Assembly: GCF_009914755.1 (NCBI RefSeq)
Contig: NC_060947.1
Direction: 5' to 3' (one strand)
Length of the DNA stretch: 64,000 nt
From: the human T2T-CHM13v2.0 reference genome, Homo sapiens
The translations under genes were made by a program, and so were the position numbers. The notes below the pieces were generated by a model. That model saw only the letters and a program-made list of their open reading frames with translations, was not told the origin of the DNA and ran no database searches. Of the stretch, positions 16,417 to 30,740 are shown one piece after another; positions within the stretch are counted from its first letter, which is position 1; every line of letters begins with the position of its first letter.

Positions 16417-17329
16417 TGATTAGGAAATTTTAAGACAATTTTTCTTGGTCCAAGAATTTTGCAGATAGCCTACAATATTCAGATGCCAACTTATTGCACG
16501 GTTTTACTTCCATTCCTTTTGTCACTAGGGAGACAATTTATTACTCAAACTAATTATGATGGCTGGTACCAAAGGTTACTTTTATGCAGATTATGTTACA
16601 TGACCGTTTAGTCCATAATTTTATACTCCAACATTCCACCTCCACATTTGCAAAATTCAGGCAAAGGAGAAGGAACAAGAAAATAAAATTTAAGTTACCT
16701 GAAATTTATTTATGGTTCCATTCGACCCTGCACAGGTACTTACCAACCTATTTGCTTCATTAGAAGAACACTGACACTTGCCATGCCCAGGCCCTTCTGA
16801 TTGGTATAATGTCCTTCTAATTAGGAGCATGCGGGTAGTACTGTTGGTATTCATTGACTGAAACCAAAACCTGAAAAGAAGCAAACCAGTACTAGACTCA
16901 CTAACCATTGTATATACTTTGGAAACTTATTTAGTTTTGTTGTACACATTCTTATACCTAGAAATCACATATGATATTAAATGTCTTGGGATTTGAAAGA
17001 GATTACATGTCTTGGAGAAAATTTAACTGGATCTGAGAAATGGGTCTTTGTATGGTAGTGAAGCCTTCCTTTTATCAGTTAAAGTAATATCCTTATGAAG
17101 TAGGTAATCTTATTCTGCGACTTCTAAAATATCAACTTCTGTTTATTTTTTTTCTGGCATAGGAGTGTTAGAGTTGCCTTAAACTATATACCCTATCTGA
17201 ATGAAATATTTAATATTCTCTACCAGCCCTGATTTTTTTCCATTCTTTGTGCAGCCTTCTGTTGTATAGAGCATTTTGTTTCTTCTCAAAGTTTAAAATT
17301 TGAGAGCCCTCACCTCAAACTCAGTATAT

Positions 17330-19400
17330 TTTAAGCTCAACATCCTCTCCACATTGCCCGTGCTTTTCATTTGTTTCATTTCTTTCCTTGATGCCACCAT
17401 TCTGATCTCCCAGGGTAACATTCAAAACCTTTGAGTCATTTTGACTCTTCCTTCTCCTTGAATTGCCCTGTGTCAGTCTGCCCCAGAATTATATCATCAT
17501 AGTTTCTGAAATATCTCTTAGATTTTTCATTTTCTCATTCCTATTTGGCACCACTCTAGTTTGGGTTGCCATCATCTCCTGCTTGACTTATTGCCACAGT
17601 CTGCTGCCTCTCCCTACTCCAGTCCATCCTGTGTGCTTGTGCCAAACTAATTTTCTTAAAACACAGTTTAATCATGTCACTTTCCTGCTGAAAACCTGCA
17701 TTGGATATTAATTAGCTCTGAGTTTCTGTGCCATCTTCCTTCAATCTCAGAGTTCAAGGAGACCCTCCATTTGTCCAATGCTCACCTGTCCATTTGTGCC
17801 TTCCATACCTTTCTCTTCCAGCCTCCTCCCAGATCTTGCTCAACCAGGCCTCCCATCTCTCCAGTATTACCTCTCTCAGCCTGTACCCATATTCAGTCTC
17901 TAATTTTTAAAAAACAAAATAAGACAAAAGCCTTCCTATGCCCATGTTCCCTTTAGCTACTATCCAATCTCTCTTTCTTATCCTTCAAATTTCTAAAAAA
18001 GTAGCTACATTTACCTTATCTGTTTTCTCTTTACCCCTCTCTGATCTGGATTCTGCTACCAAAACCACAGAGGAGCTATCCTTAATTAATATCACTGTGA
18101 CCCTCTTGTTGCTAAATTACTGGACATCTTTCATTCCCTATCCTTCAGGTTCTCTCTGCTGCATTTGACACTTATGATGATTTCTTCTTTTTCAGAAGCT
18201 TCTACTCCAGGGTTCACAAACACACAGGCCTTCAGAGGCAAGGCAGGTCACAGAAAATAGTGCAGCATAAGGAGACATGGGGCTTTAGTTGAACTGAAAG
18301 TTATACGTCTCAATTAATGGTATTCAAATTCTAATTTAAGAAAAAACATTTTGCCAGCCAAAAAAATCACAGAACTCCTTGGCCACTTCATTCTCCTGGT
18401 GTTCCTTTTATTTTTCTGGCAGTTTCTTAACTGTTCATTCATGGGCTTCTCTTCCTTCTTGACCCTTAAATACCAGCAATCTCTAGAGTTTTGTTCTCAG
18501 CCCACTACTCTTCTTATTCCCTGCTCTCCCTAGATGGTCTCATCTTACCTCTCATAGATTCAGTTATCTCATGGCTCCCAAGTAGGGATTTCTTTACCAG
18601 TCTCTGCGTGGGCTCTTATCTGGGCTTCTTCACTCAATAGCTTACTGTTATCTTAAATTTGACATAAACAAAAACCTCCCGACACCCCTCTCATATCCCC
18701 ACCCCCAAATGCTCAAAAAAGCCTTCCTATTTCTGTATTCGCAACCTCAGTTGAATGTACCTCCACCTATCCCATTAAAGCATGCTTGGTTCTCCCCACT
18801 CACACTTCCCACTGCTAAGCAATTAGCAAATATCAACAATACATGGCTTAAGAATTTCTTCTTTTCCTCTCTACCACCACTTCATTGATTCAGGACCCTT
18901 TCACTACCCTAGCTAGTCATGTTGCCTTCATCCTTGTCATCCTCACATCCATCCTCCAGCCTGCTGCTAGATTAAGACACAAAAAGTACATATCTAATCA
19001 AACCACTTTTCCTACTTAAGATTATCTTGTGGTTTTTCCCTTCACCTGCAAGATAGAGACTAAGCTCCATAACAGAGCATACAGAAATGGACCCTGTGTA
19101 TCTATCAGCCTAAACTTTTGCCATTTCCCTTACTGCTTGTATGTTCCTGTTCACAGCATGCTGTTTTTTTTTTTAATCTCATTGCCTCTGCTCAATCTGG
19201 GGCCTCCACCTAGAATGCTAATATTCACCTCCCGTTTCCCTGGCTCCCATTTCCCTGGCTCTCTGTATGTCACCACCTTCTGCAAGTCTTCTTTTTTTCC
19301 ACTAAATTGTAAATTGCAATGACAAGAACAATTTCTGATTCCCTATGAATCCTCAGTGCATAGCACAGTACCTGACAAGAGGTGAGTTGAATGAATATTG
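17330..19400 (+). mobile_element. Degraded L2 fragments
   Basis: Pyrimidine-rich L2-like body ending ...cctcagtgcatagcacagtacctgac...gttgaatgaat. Confidence 0.6.
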
Positions 19401-21349
19401 GTTCACTTTAGTAACACTCAGTGTGCCCACGTAGTACAAACAATACTATAGGCCCTCAACAAATACGTAGTTGAATCATGCTGTGGAGAGCACTGGTTTC
19501 TGAGCATGGATGTGTACGAATACAACAATATCACCAGTACCAGTATCACCAGTGATGGCGTTTATGGCATGAGCTTACCTCTGAAAGCTTTGTTAAGCTA
19601 TCCCCTGTGTGTCAGAGTATTATCTTAATGTTTTGGGTTTCTAGTTACTTTAACAAGATATTAATCTTTTAACATGAAATTCATTATGATTTCTTAAGAA
19701 GTAGAATGACCTAATCATACTACTTGTATTTCCAATTCTGAGATGATGATCATAAATGGATATTAGGAGATCTTTTTCCAAATTTTAAAAAATATGATTA
19801 TATTAACTCTTACAGATTTGAGACTATAGAAAGAGAAATAATGAAATGTCTCTTGGAAGTATTGTGCTTCAAAAATATTATACATCTGAATAATATAACA
19901 GTATCACATTTCTTCTTGATATTTTTAGGATAAGTATTTGGATCTAATGTATTGAAATACAGAAAAAAATATTACATCACATGAGGTTTTTTCCTTATAG
20001 ACATTACCACCCTCTTTGTATTACTTAAAATAGATAGATGTTTACCATTGATATTACACCTGCATAAAAATTAGTAGAGACAGCATATTACTGATCCTCA
20101 GAGGCTCATAACATTCTCATTAAAATTAATCTAAGAAAGCTGAAGTTATTAGATTATATAATTGAAAAAGATGGCCAATTTTGCCAAACAGTGCATTTCT
20201 CCAAAAACTTAGCACTACAAATATTGATAACTTCTCAAATCAGGGAATGGAATGCCTTTTCTGTAACAGTTGTCTGAGAAATTACAGTGATGATTGTTAA
20301 TTTGTTTTTATATAAGGTGAATTTTTTTAAGGTTTTAGGCTTTGAGAATATTGAAGCCATGGTAACTTGCCATTGTATAGTGTGGAAAGACATTTTTCCC
20401 ATATGAAATATTAAAGAGATTTAACTAGAATCTTTTAAAAATCTCCTTTTGTTTTGTGGCATAGCCTTTTCCTTGGTGTAGCAAATAGAGTTCAGTGCAC
20501 ATGCTTCAGAATCAGTATTCCTATAAGTGCATGGTTTTCTAGTGAAGTCATGTCTTATTGGCAGAATTTTACGACATTTTCTTAAACAAACTGAGTACGT
20601 GAACTTTAATTTGTGCAAGATTTTGAAAGGCTGGTATATAGCCATTTTCAAATATGAAAAATGGTGAGAGGTATAGGGAGGGAGACAAAAGGGAAGAGGA
20701 ACTAAGAGTATAGATCCTTTGCCTCAGTTTCCTTTACTTCAAAGAATTTGTCTAAGAAATTAAAAATGTGGGCGTTGAAGACATTTGATGAAGAAAATAC
20801 AATTATTGAGAACTACCAGCTGGGTCGGCTTCAAACATACAGTAGATTGTATATTTAATGAAGTTGATAAAATGATAGTGTGAGCACTTCCCAAGTGCCT
20901 GCTGAGCCCCACATCTTGGCTAATTTCTACCACTGATCAGTAATAAGTAGATGAGTTTGTCTAGCCTCTCTGGACTCATAATTCTTAACTTAATGGTTTG
21001 TTTATGAAACCTAACTGAGGTGTTTATTCAGCAGCAGCCATTTCAACATTTTCCTAGTAGCTGCTAAGTGAAATGTACCTAAAGTTATTTAAGTATTTTT
21101 TTAGTGTGCTGAGTCTATAAAAGGGAAAGTTAAGGGAAAAAATATCTCATAGGCAAGAACAAGATTGCTGCTGCCTATTAGCCAAAACTATGAGAGTATC
21201 AAGCCTACTTTGCCTTTCTTCATACTTTTTTATATAGATACATTTAGGTCATAAGGGAGTATTTTAAGAAATTAAGCAACACTTTAGTTACCATTTCTAA
21301 TATACTTTTTATATTTTAGAAAAGGAAATCCCTTTATATATTGGAGAAG

Positions 21350-22450
21350 AAAGTTAGTAATGTGAATATAGCAAGTATTTCTCTAGAACTTGAGCACTGG
21401 GCTAAACACTGTGAAGAATATAGAGAAAACAAAGTATAGGCTTTGCTTTACAAAGCTAACAGGAACATTGCCTTTAAGATATTGATATGGAGCAGCAAGG
21501 AATAAAAGACAACATTTTGTTAACTGTTGAATTGTATAGTGCACATTAGAAGTGGCTGTGAGTATTCAGAGAAAGAAGGAATCCATGAAGCCTTGGGCAT
21601 TCAAGGCATTACAGCAGGGGTTGGAACTTGATTTGAGCCTTGAAGGCTGCATAGGACTTAGACTTAAACTTTGGAGGGGAAGCAAGGAGAACCACATGAG
21701 CAAGGACAAGAGCCAATGTAGCAGTGACAATGAAGGAAGGGAACATTATGAGAATGATTTCAAAGGAGCAAATAACAGGATTTAGGGACCACCTGGCTGT
21801 AAGCAAGATGCAAAACATAGGAGAGGGAAGGTGCAAATATGATACCAAGGTATAGGTTAAAGGAAGAGAGTAATGTGCCATTGATAGAAATGAATTTGAA
21901 AGGGGGAACCAGGTTCCAAGAAAATGTAACATTTAGTTTTAGACAGGTTTCACTTAAGGTGGTATTATTTTGTGGCAAGATGTCCAAACAGAAATTTTCA
22001 GTATACAATTAAAGATGAGAGACCAGAGCATGTATGAAAATATATTACTAGAGCTATAGATTTGGTGATCGTTAACAGATAAATGATTGTCAAAGTTGTC
22101 AAATACAGATGAACTTTTGTAGTTTGCTTAGAAAGAAAAAAAAGCAGAAGACTAAAAGCTAAATTTTGGAAGAAGTATAGAGTCTAAGGGCAGAATGAAA
22201 GAATGGGAATGTTAGGAAGGAAGTGATCAACAGTGTCATAGCTGCAAACAAAGTCAAGAGAAAAAGTTCTGAGAAGACATTGAATTTGGCAATAAAGAAG
22301 ACAAGATGGACTTGTCATTTTGAGTAAATTTACTGAATAAGATATTATTTTCAGCAAAATGACAGTATCAAAAATCAAGTTTCAAAATTTCTTAAGAAAG
22401 GAGATATTAGGGAAATGGAAGCAGTGGACAGTTCATTTGTCTGGTGGTAA
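21350..22450 (-). mobile_element. Degraded L2 fragment
   Basis: Purine-rich reverse-complement L2-like sequence (ttgagccttgaagg, gtgccattgatagaaat, gacattgaatttggcaa). Confidence 0.55.
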
Positions 22451-23311
22451 GTGAAAAGAGAATAGTAAAGCTAAGAATTTTTAAAACAAAAATATTCTAT
22501 ACATTTTGAAGGATATATCTGTCTGTATTGACTATATATTTGATATCTAGTAGGGGAATGACAGCTGGCAAAAGCTAAATTAGCAGCAATTGCTAATCAA
22601 GGTAGGAACATGTTACTGTTGTTGCATTTATAAGGCATTTAGACAAGATGTGGAAATAGAGGTCTATTTAAAATGATCATATCTACTTTCTAAAAATGAA
22701 AACTGCATCTATGTCTTTGTACATAAGAATTTACTCTTCGTGTAATAATGAATTGCATCTTTTCACTAGTGATAAAGTCACTACTTCACTAGCTAAATAG
22801 ATTTAAATGAAATATTTCTTGTAATATTAAATATTTGTTATTGATTGCTAAGTTAGCAAATAATTACAATAGGTTTAATACTAGAATATCAATTTCTCAA
22901 GAAGCAGATGAAGATTGCCGTAAAAATTCATGCATAGTGGTGTCCCATCTTGTTTTCAGTTTAGCTATACTCTTGTGTCTATGTATTGATTTAAAGGGAA
23001 TATGTATTTGCATATAATATTCTCATTACATGTTGTACTGACACACCTGAACAGAATTAATGAAGGATTTTTTTAAAATGTAGTTAAAATCTTTTTTCAA
23101 TTGCTGATTTATTTACTCGACTATTTTAAAATACAGAATTTGTTTTAAAATACATTTTAAACATACATAATATAGTATATTTATGTACAGGTATGTATCT
23201 TGCTACTAGCTGCTAAATATAGAGAGTTTTTGTGCTTAAAATTGCCTGTGTCCTTGAAAATGAGTTATTAGCATAAATGATACAAGGACAGTATGAAATT
23301 CCTGCATAGAG

Positions 23312-26300
23312 GTTTTTTTTTTCTTTGTCAAATTTTAGATTTGGGGGATACATGCGCAGTTTTATTACAAAGGTATATTACATGATGCTGAGGTTTGGGG
23401 TACAATTGAACCCATCACCCAGGTGGTGAGCATAGTACCCAATAGGTAGTTTTACAACCCTTACTCACCTCCCTTCTTCCCCCTTCATGTAGTCCACAGT
23501 GTCTATTATTCCCATCTTTATGTTCATGTGTACTTAATGTTTAGCTCCCACTTATAAGTGAGAACATGCGGTATTTGGTTTTGTTTGTTTCTGTGTTAAT
23601 TCATTTAGAATAATGGCCTCCAGCTGCATCCATGTTACTGCAAAGAACATGATTTTGTTCTTTTTTATGGCTGCATAGGATTCCATGGTGTATATGTTCC
23701 ATATTTTCTTTATCTAGTCCGCCATTGATGGACCCCTAGGTCAATTCCATATCCTTGCTGCTATGCATAATGCTGCGATGAGCATATGGGCACGTGTGTA
23801 ATTTTGGTAGAACAATGTATCTTCCCTTGGGTATATACCCAGTAATGGAATTGCTGGTTTAAATTGTAGTTCTGTTTTTGATTCTTTGAGAAATCTCCAA
23901 ACTGCTTTCTACAGTAGCTGAAATAATTTAAATTCCCACCAATGTTGTATAAGTGTCCTCTTTTCTCAGCAGCCCCGCCAACATCTGTTATTTTTTACTT
24001 TTTAATAATTGCCATTCTGACTGGCATGAGATGTAGTTTTGATCTGTATTTCTCTAATGATTAGTGATGATGAGCATTTTTTCATATGTTTGTTGGCCAC
24101 TTACATGTGTTTTTTTGAGAAATGTATATTCATGCCCTTTGCCCACTTTTTGATGGGGCTATTTGTTTATTGCCTATTGAATTATTTAAATTCCTAATAG
24201 ATTCTGTATATTATACCTTTGTTGATACATAGATCGTGGATATTTTCTCCCATTCTGTATGTTGTCTGTTGATTGATAATTTCTTTTGCTGTGCAGAAGC
24301 TCTTTAGTTTAACTAGGTCTTAATCAATTTTTGTTTTTGTTGCAGTTGCTTCTAAGGACTTAGTCATGAATCCTTTGCCAAGGCCAATGTTGAGAAGGGT
24401 GTTTCCCAGGTTTTCTTCTAGGATTTTTATAATTTGAAGTCTTACATTTAAGTACTTAATCCGTCTTGAGTTAATTTGTGTATATCATGACAGGTAGTGT
24501 TCCAGCTTAATTCTTCTGCATATGGCTGGCCAGTTATCCCAGCTCCATTTATTGAATAGAGGGGCCCTTCTCCATTACTCAGATTTGTCAGTTTTGTCAA
24601 AGATCAGATGGTAGTAGGTGCGCAGCTTTATTTCTGTGGTCTATTCTGTTCCATTGGTCTATGTGTGTTTTTGTGCCAGTACCATGCTGTTTTGGTTACT
24701 GTACCCTTGTAGTATAGTTTGAAGTCAGGTAATATGATGCCTCTGGCTTTGTTATTTTTGCTTAGGATTGCTTTGGCTATTTAGGTCCTTTTTTGTTTCT
24801 GTATAAATTGTAGAATAGTTGTTTCTAATTCCGTGAAGAATGATGTTTGTAGTTTGATAGGTATAGCATTGAATCTTCAGATTGCTTTATGTTGTTGATT
24901 CTTCCAATCCGTAAGCGTGAAATGTCTTTCCATTTGTTTCTGTCATCTCTGATTTCTTTCAGCAGTGTTTTATAGTTCTCCTTGTAGACATCTTTCACCT
25001 CCTTGGTTAGATGTATTCCTAGGGTATTTTGTTTTTGTTTTGTTTTGGCTATTGTAAATGTGATGCCATTCTTGATTTGGCTCTCAGCTTAAACGTTATT
25101 GGTGTATAGAAATTCTACTGACTTTTTACATTGATTTTATATCCTGAAACTTTAGTGAAGTTTTTTCTTTATCAGTTCAAGGAGCCTTTTGGCAAGTCTT
25201 TAGGGTTTTCTAGGTATAGAATCATATTGTCTGCAAAAAGAGATAGTTTGACTTCTTCTTTTCCTGTTTGCATGCCTTTTTTTCTTCTCTTGCCTGATTG
25301 CTCTGAGTAGTACTTGTAGTACTATGTTGAAAAGGAGTGGTGAGGTGGACATTTTTTTTCTTGTTCCAGTTCTCAAGGGGAATGGTTCCAGCTTTTGCTT
25401 CTTCGGTATAATGGTGGCTGTGCGTTTCTCATACATAGCTCTTATCATTTTGAGGTACATTCTTTTGATGGTTAGTTTGTTGACGGTTTTATCATGAAGG
25501 GACATTGAATTTTATCGAAAGCTTTTTCTGTGCCTATTAAGATGATCATTTTTTGTTCGTTTTTAATCCTGTTTATGTGGTAAATTACATTTATTGATTT
25601 GTGTATGTTGAACCAACCTTGCATCCCAGGAATAAAGGCTGTTTGATCGTGGTGAATTAACTTTTTGATGTGCTGCTGGATTCGGATTGCTAGTATTTTT
25701 TTGAGGATGTTTGTGTCTATGTTCGTCAGGGATATGGACCAGTAGTTTTCTTTTTTCCTTCTATCTCTGCTAGCTTTTCCTATAAGGATGATGTTAGCTT
25801 CATAGGATGAGTTGGGAAAGAGTCCTTCCTTTTCAATTTTTTGGAATCGTTTCAGTGGGATTAGTACCAGCTCTTCTTTGTACATCTGATAGAATTTGGT
25901 TGTGAATCAGTATGGTCTTGAGCTTTTTTTGGTTGGTTGGTGTTTTATTTCTGATTCAATTTTGGAACTTGATATTGGTCTGTTTAGGGCTTCAAATCTT
26001 CCTGATTCAATCTTGGGAGCTTGTGTGTTTCCAGAATTTTACCCATTTCCTCTAGATTTTCTATTTTGTGTGCTAGGTGTTCATAATAGTTATACGAATA
26101 TTTTTTGTATTTATGTGGGATAGGTTGTAATGTCATCTTTGTCATTTCTGATTGCACTTATTTGGATCTTCTCTTTTTTCTTTGTTATTCTAGCTAGCAG
26201 TCTGTAAATCTTGTTTATTCTTTGAAATAACCAACTTTTGATTTCATCGATTCTTTGTATGGATTTTTGGGTCTCAGATTTTCTTCTGCTAGCTCTGGGG

Positions 26301-26333
26301 TTATTTTGTTCTTGTTTTCATAGTTCCTCTAGG
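23312..26333 (-). mobile_element. 5'-truncated antisense L1 (approx. L1PA15/16 or L1PB) in intron 1
   Basis: Poly-T then 3'UTR and ORF2 (ORFs 25200-25885); TSD tcctgcatagag at 23300-23311 and 26334-26345 followed by a TTTTT/AA endonuclease site. Confidence 0.92.
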
Positions 26334-26719
26334 TCCTGCATAGAGTTTTAATCAGACATTGGATTCTTAACATTTCTTTAAAGTGACCCTACAACCAAGT
26401 GCGATAAATCAGTTAAACAGTACAGTAGTTTATTATTTGACAAACATTTTTCAACACTGATTAGATTTCATTATGCTACTAGGTATAATAGAAAATAGCA
26501 AAATAACCCATAGTTCCTGTTTTCAAGGAACTTAATATAGGATAAAATAAGGATTTAGGGGGTCAACATTGGAGTTTTGGTTTCCCCCACTTAATACATG
26601 ACTGTGGGCAAGTCATTTAATTTATTTTTTAAATTTTTTTCTGGTTGTTAGCTTCTTTGTCTTTAAAATGGGGTTGACAATACTTCTCTTGAAGGCTTTT
26701 AAAGCGTAAAAGTAATGTA

Positions 26720-27896
26720 GAGTCATGTGTCACTTAACAATGGGGATACCTCCTGAGAAATGTATTGTTAGGCAATTTTATCATTGTGTGAACATCATAG
26801 AGTGTACTTACACAAACCTAGATGGTATAGCCTAGTACACACCTAAGCTATATGGTAAGCCTATTGCTCCTAGGCTACAAACCTGTACAGCATGTGACTG
26901 TACTGATTACTATAGGCAATTGTAACACAATGGTAAGTATTTGGGTATCTAAACATAGAAAAAGTACAGAGAAAATATAAAAGACAAAAAATGGTATACC
27001 TTTAATAGGGCACTTACCATGAATAGATGTTGAAGGACCAGAAGTTGCTCTGTGTGAGTGAGTGAGTGAGTGAGTGGTAAGTGAATGTGAATATTACTGT
27101 ATACTACTGTAGAATTTGTAAATACCATATACTTAGGCTACAATAAATTTATTTTCAAATGCTATTCTTTGTTCCATAATAAATTAACCTGAGCTTACTG
27201 TAACTTTTTAATTTTATAAACTGTCCAATTTTTAGAAACTCATCGACTCTTTTGTAATAATACTTAGCTTAAAACACAAACACATTGTACAGCTGTACAA
27301 AAATATTTTCTTTATATCCTTATTCTATTAATTTTTTTTTTACTTTTTAAACTTTTTTGTTAAAATCTAAGACACAAACACACACATTAGCCTAAGTTTA
27401 CACAGGGTCATGATCATCAATATCACTTCCACCTTCACAGTTATCCCATTGGAAAGTCTTTAGGGACAATAATCACGGAGCTGTCATCTCCTGTGATAAC
27501 AGTACCTTCTAGAATACTTCTAAAAGGGCCTGCCTGAGGCTATTTTACAGTTAACTTTTTGTTAGAAGAAGGAATATATACTAAAATAACAATAAAAAGT
27601 ATACTATAGTAAATACATAAGCCAGTAACGGTCATTTGTTATCATCATGTATTATGTATTGTATGTAATTATATGTGCTATACTTTGCTATGGTGGCAAA
27701 GTAAGTTTGTTTATACCAGCATCACCACAAACGTGTGTAATGCATTGTACTACGATGTTATGAAGGCTATGACTATAACATTACAAGGGCTATGACAACA
27801 CTAAGCAATAGAAATTTTTCAGCTCCATTATAATCTTATGGGACCACCATCATATATGCACTCTATCTTTGAAACATGTTATGTAGCATGTGACTA
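26720..27896. mobile_element. Tigger3b-like DNA transposon inserted in a MIR
   Basis: Terminal inverted repeats gagtcatgtgtcacttaac / gttatgtagcatgtgacta with TA TSDs; about 1.2 kb; MIR sequence on both sides. Confidence 0.85.
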
Positions 27897-28768
27897 TATT
27901 TACTTAGCACAGTGTCTAGCCCATGGTGAGTACATAGTTATTGGTAGCTGTTACTGTTATTGCCCACCTCATATGGAGTTCTCAGTAAATGTTACTGTCT
28001 TTTCCTTTTTGCTTACAACCTATCCTCCGCTAATGTAACATTGTAGTTAATATGAAATAGTATCATCTAACATTCAGGAAGTGACCTTTGTTATCCTTGA
28101 AATGAACAAGCAAGTGAGCAAAGCCTTATAAAATTCATTTTGACTTCTTAATGCAGATTTCACTGAGTGTACTGGAAAAGAGAGTTTTCAAGTCTGGGAT
28201 CTGTTTTCTCAAAATTGGTCGAGCACAGACGTGAAAGCCATTCATAAGGATTAAACTTTGAGTATCTGAATAGCAACTGGTCACAAGTAGTCAAACTCTG
28301 TAGTTCCAAAGGCTGTATTAGTTGTGGAGGGGTAGTTTTTATTAGGAACATTTGCATACATACACAAAAGTGGAAAGAATAGTATAATGAAATCCCACAT
28401 AGTACCCATAATCCAGCTCCAACAGTTATCAACTAAAGTAGGTTTTAACGGAAACATCTCAGTTAAAAATGGACACTTCCAGCTCAATATGTGTTTCTCT
28501 AACTTATTATTTTTTAATCCTACATCATGAGTTGAGTTAGAATCCCACTTTAATGTTTGCTTTTTGTTAAGCTTTTTAAAAAATATGTTAGTTTGGATTA
28601 ATAATCAAAGATTTATTTTCTATAAATGTCATATAAAAATTTTTCAGGGCACATTTTTAAATTAAAAGGCCAAAAGAAAAATGCATGGGTTTATAACTTT
28701 TTTTTAAAAAAAAGGGAAGATTTAAGTATGCTGGGTAGAACATATTTTGTTCTGTGTTTGTTTTGAAG

Positions 28769-28823
28769 GTTTGGCTTGAGCAACAAGTTTGATACTGAAT
28801 TTCCCTCCGTTCTAACAGGGAAG
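28769..28823 (+). CDS. CHIC1: CHIC1 coding exon 2
   Basis: ttttgaag|G TTT GGC...GGG AAG|gtaagt; 55 nt; encodes (V)FGLSNKFDTEFPSVLTGK in frame with exon 1. Confidence 0.96.
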
Positions 28824-29379
28824 GTAAGTGAGAATTTGCTTTGAACTTTTCAGTTCTAAAGCATTGTTTTATGGCTTACTCATTGTTATGACAAATGCTT
28901 TGAATCATTGTTAATGAAGTCAAGTAATAGGAGGCCTCAGTAGTTGGAAGCTGTGTTTATAGTGTTTGAAAGCTGTTGCCATGGCTACCAGCCTCTGACC
29001 AGTTATTTTGTTCATTGTCCATTAATGCCAGCCATTATTTATTTGTCCGTTCAGCTTTTTCACTTTTGCATTTTTTTTCTCAGCATAGGTAGCTATAATT
29101 GTTTTTATTTGGGTCATTAATTTCCAGTGCTTTTAGAGTTAAAGTTATTTTTTTAACTGTATCACTCTATTAATTTTTAAAGTACCATATGGTATGATTT
29201 GTTATACATGAAAATAATTAAATTTTTGATTAGATGTTTTTCTGACTTTTAGATAGTTGGAGTTGGTAAGATTGGACTCACTGTAATAAATTCATACCTT
29301 TCTATTCCCTGGTTCCTCTACATTGAGTAGTATTTCCTAGTAAATTCAAAGATTTACTAGGATTCAAAACTATAAATTT

Positions 29380-29597
29380 AAAGACCTAATGCACAGCCTG
29401 ATTACTATAATTGATAATATTGTATTATATACTGGAAATTTGCTGAGAGTAGATTTCAGGTGTTATCACAAAATAACAAAAAGGTGACTGTGAGGAGATG
29501 GATATGCTAATGTGTTTGACTAATAATTATTTTACTGTGTATATGTACATCAAAACATCATGTTGTACACCTTAAATATATACAATTTTTAAAAAGA
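29380..29597 (+). mobile_element. Short L1MA-type 3' end
   Basis: ...aaatttgctgagagtagattt...aaaacatcatgttgtacaccttaaatatatacaattttt. Confidence 0.75.
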
Positions 29598-30519
29598 AAC
29601 TATATTTGGAAGATCATCTTATGACAATAATGTGAACTTTCTGTGCCCAAAGGAGAAGGCTCTGCCTAAGGCAAAAAGTTATTTACATACGTTTGTTACT
29701 TGAGGAAGTGTAGAACAGGAGAGAAAAACCATTATATTACAGAATACTCAGTCATTGCCAAATGGTTAATAGTTGAATGCTTGGATAGCTAAAAACATGA
29801 TTAGGGGTTAAAGGAAGTTAACTTTTTGTATTTTGGAGCCTTTAAATTCAACATATTTAATTTTAGTACTAGAATAATGGTATTTGTCAGTATAGATTTT
29901 GGTCATATTTTAAAATTATCTCATTATCTAACAGGCTTTTTATTCTATTGTAGTGTCAATTATTCTCATATTGTTGGTGAGAAAAGCAAAATGAAAATCA
30001 CTGTGTTTAGTATGTATAATAAATTGGAGAAATAAGCCCATTAATAAATGTATTTTTACATAAAGAAATTCTAGAGAGATACACATGAAACTAATAAAAG
30101 TTATTACCTTTGATGGGAGAAGAGGAATGTGATGGATAGAGGCAAGGGTAAGGATGAGACTTTTCTGATATCTTTTAGTATTGCTTTCATTTTTAAACCA
30201 TGTGACTATATTACCTTTTGAACTTTAATTTTTTCTTAATTCACTGTCCCTTGTTCTAAACTCTTTGAAAACCAGATAAGATGCTTCTACTGATATTTGC
30301 TTCTTTCTGTCATGGATTTTCCAACTATGTACTCTTTTTGCTTTTGGCGTAATCACAATCTTCCCCCCAGCCTCTTTGCAGGGTAGACAGCAGACCTATT
30401 TCTTTTTTCAAGGAATATCTTTGAAATCATAAGAAATTCTGTTTAATTTAACCCTGCAAGGTATGTTACACTTTATTTGCCTCATTTTCCCCTTGAAAAA
30501 TTGGAGGTAGCTTGAGACA

Positions 30520-30740
30520 GAATATAGTAGTTAAACAAGCTTTGCAGTCAAATCTGGGTTGGAATCCAGGTTATGTCACTTACTGTGTGGCCTTGTGCAA
30601 GTCACTTCTCTGAGCCTGTTCTTATGTGAAAAATAGAGATGATGCTGATAGTTACCTCACTTTTTAAGAGCTAAATGAGACAGCATATATAAAATTCCTA
30701 GTATTTTGTCATGTACTTATTAGCTTCCCAATGTTAGTTT
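30520..30740 (+). mobile_element. MIR SINE
   Basis: ctgggttggaatccagg...cacttactgtgtggccttgtgcaagtcacttctctgagcc. Confidence 0.7.

Noticed and set aside
25140-26330. Similarity to approx. 43400-44640 suggesting a local duplication
   Set aside because: Frequent differences throughout; explained by two insertions of related L1 subfamilies
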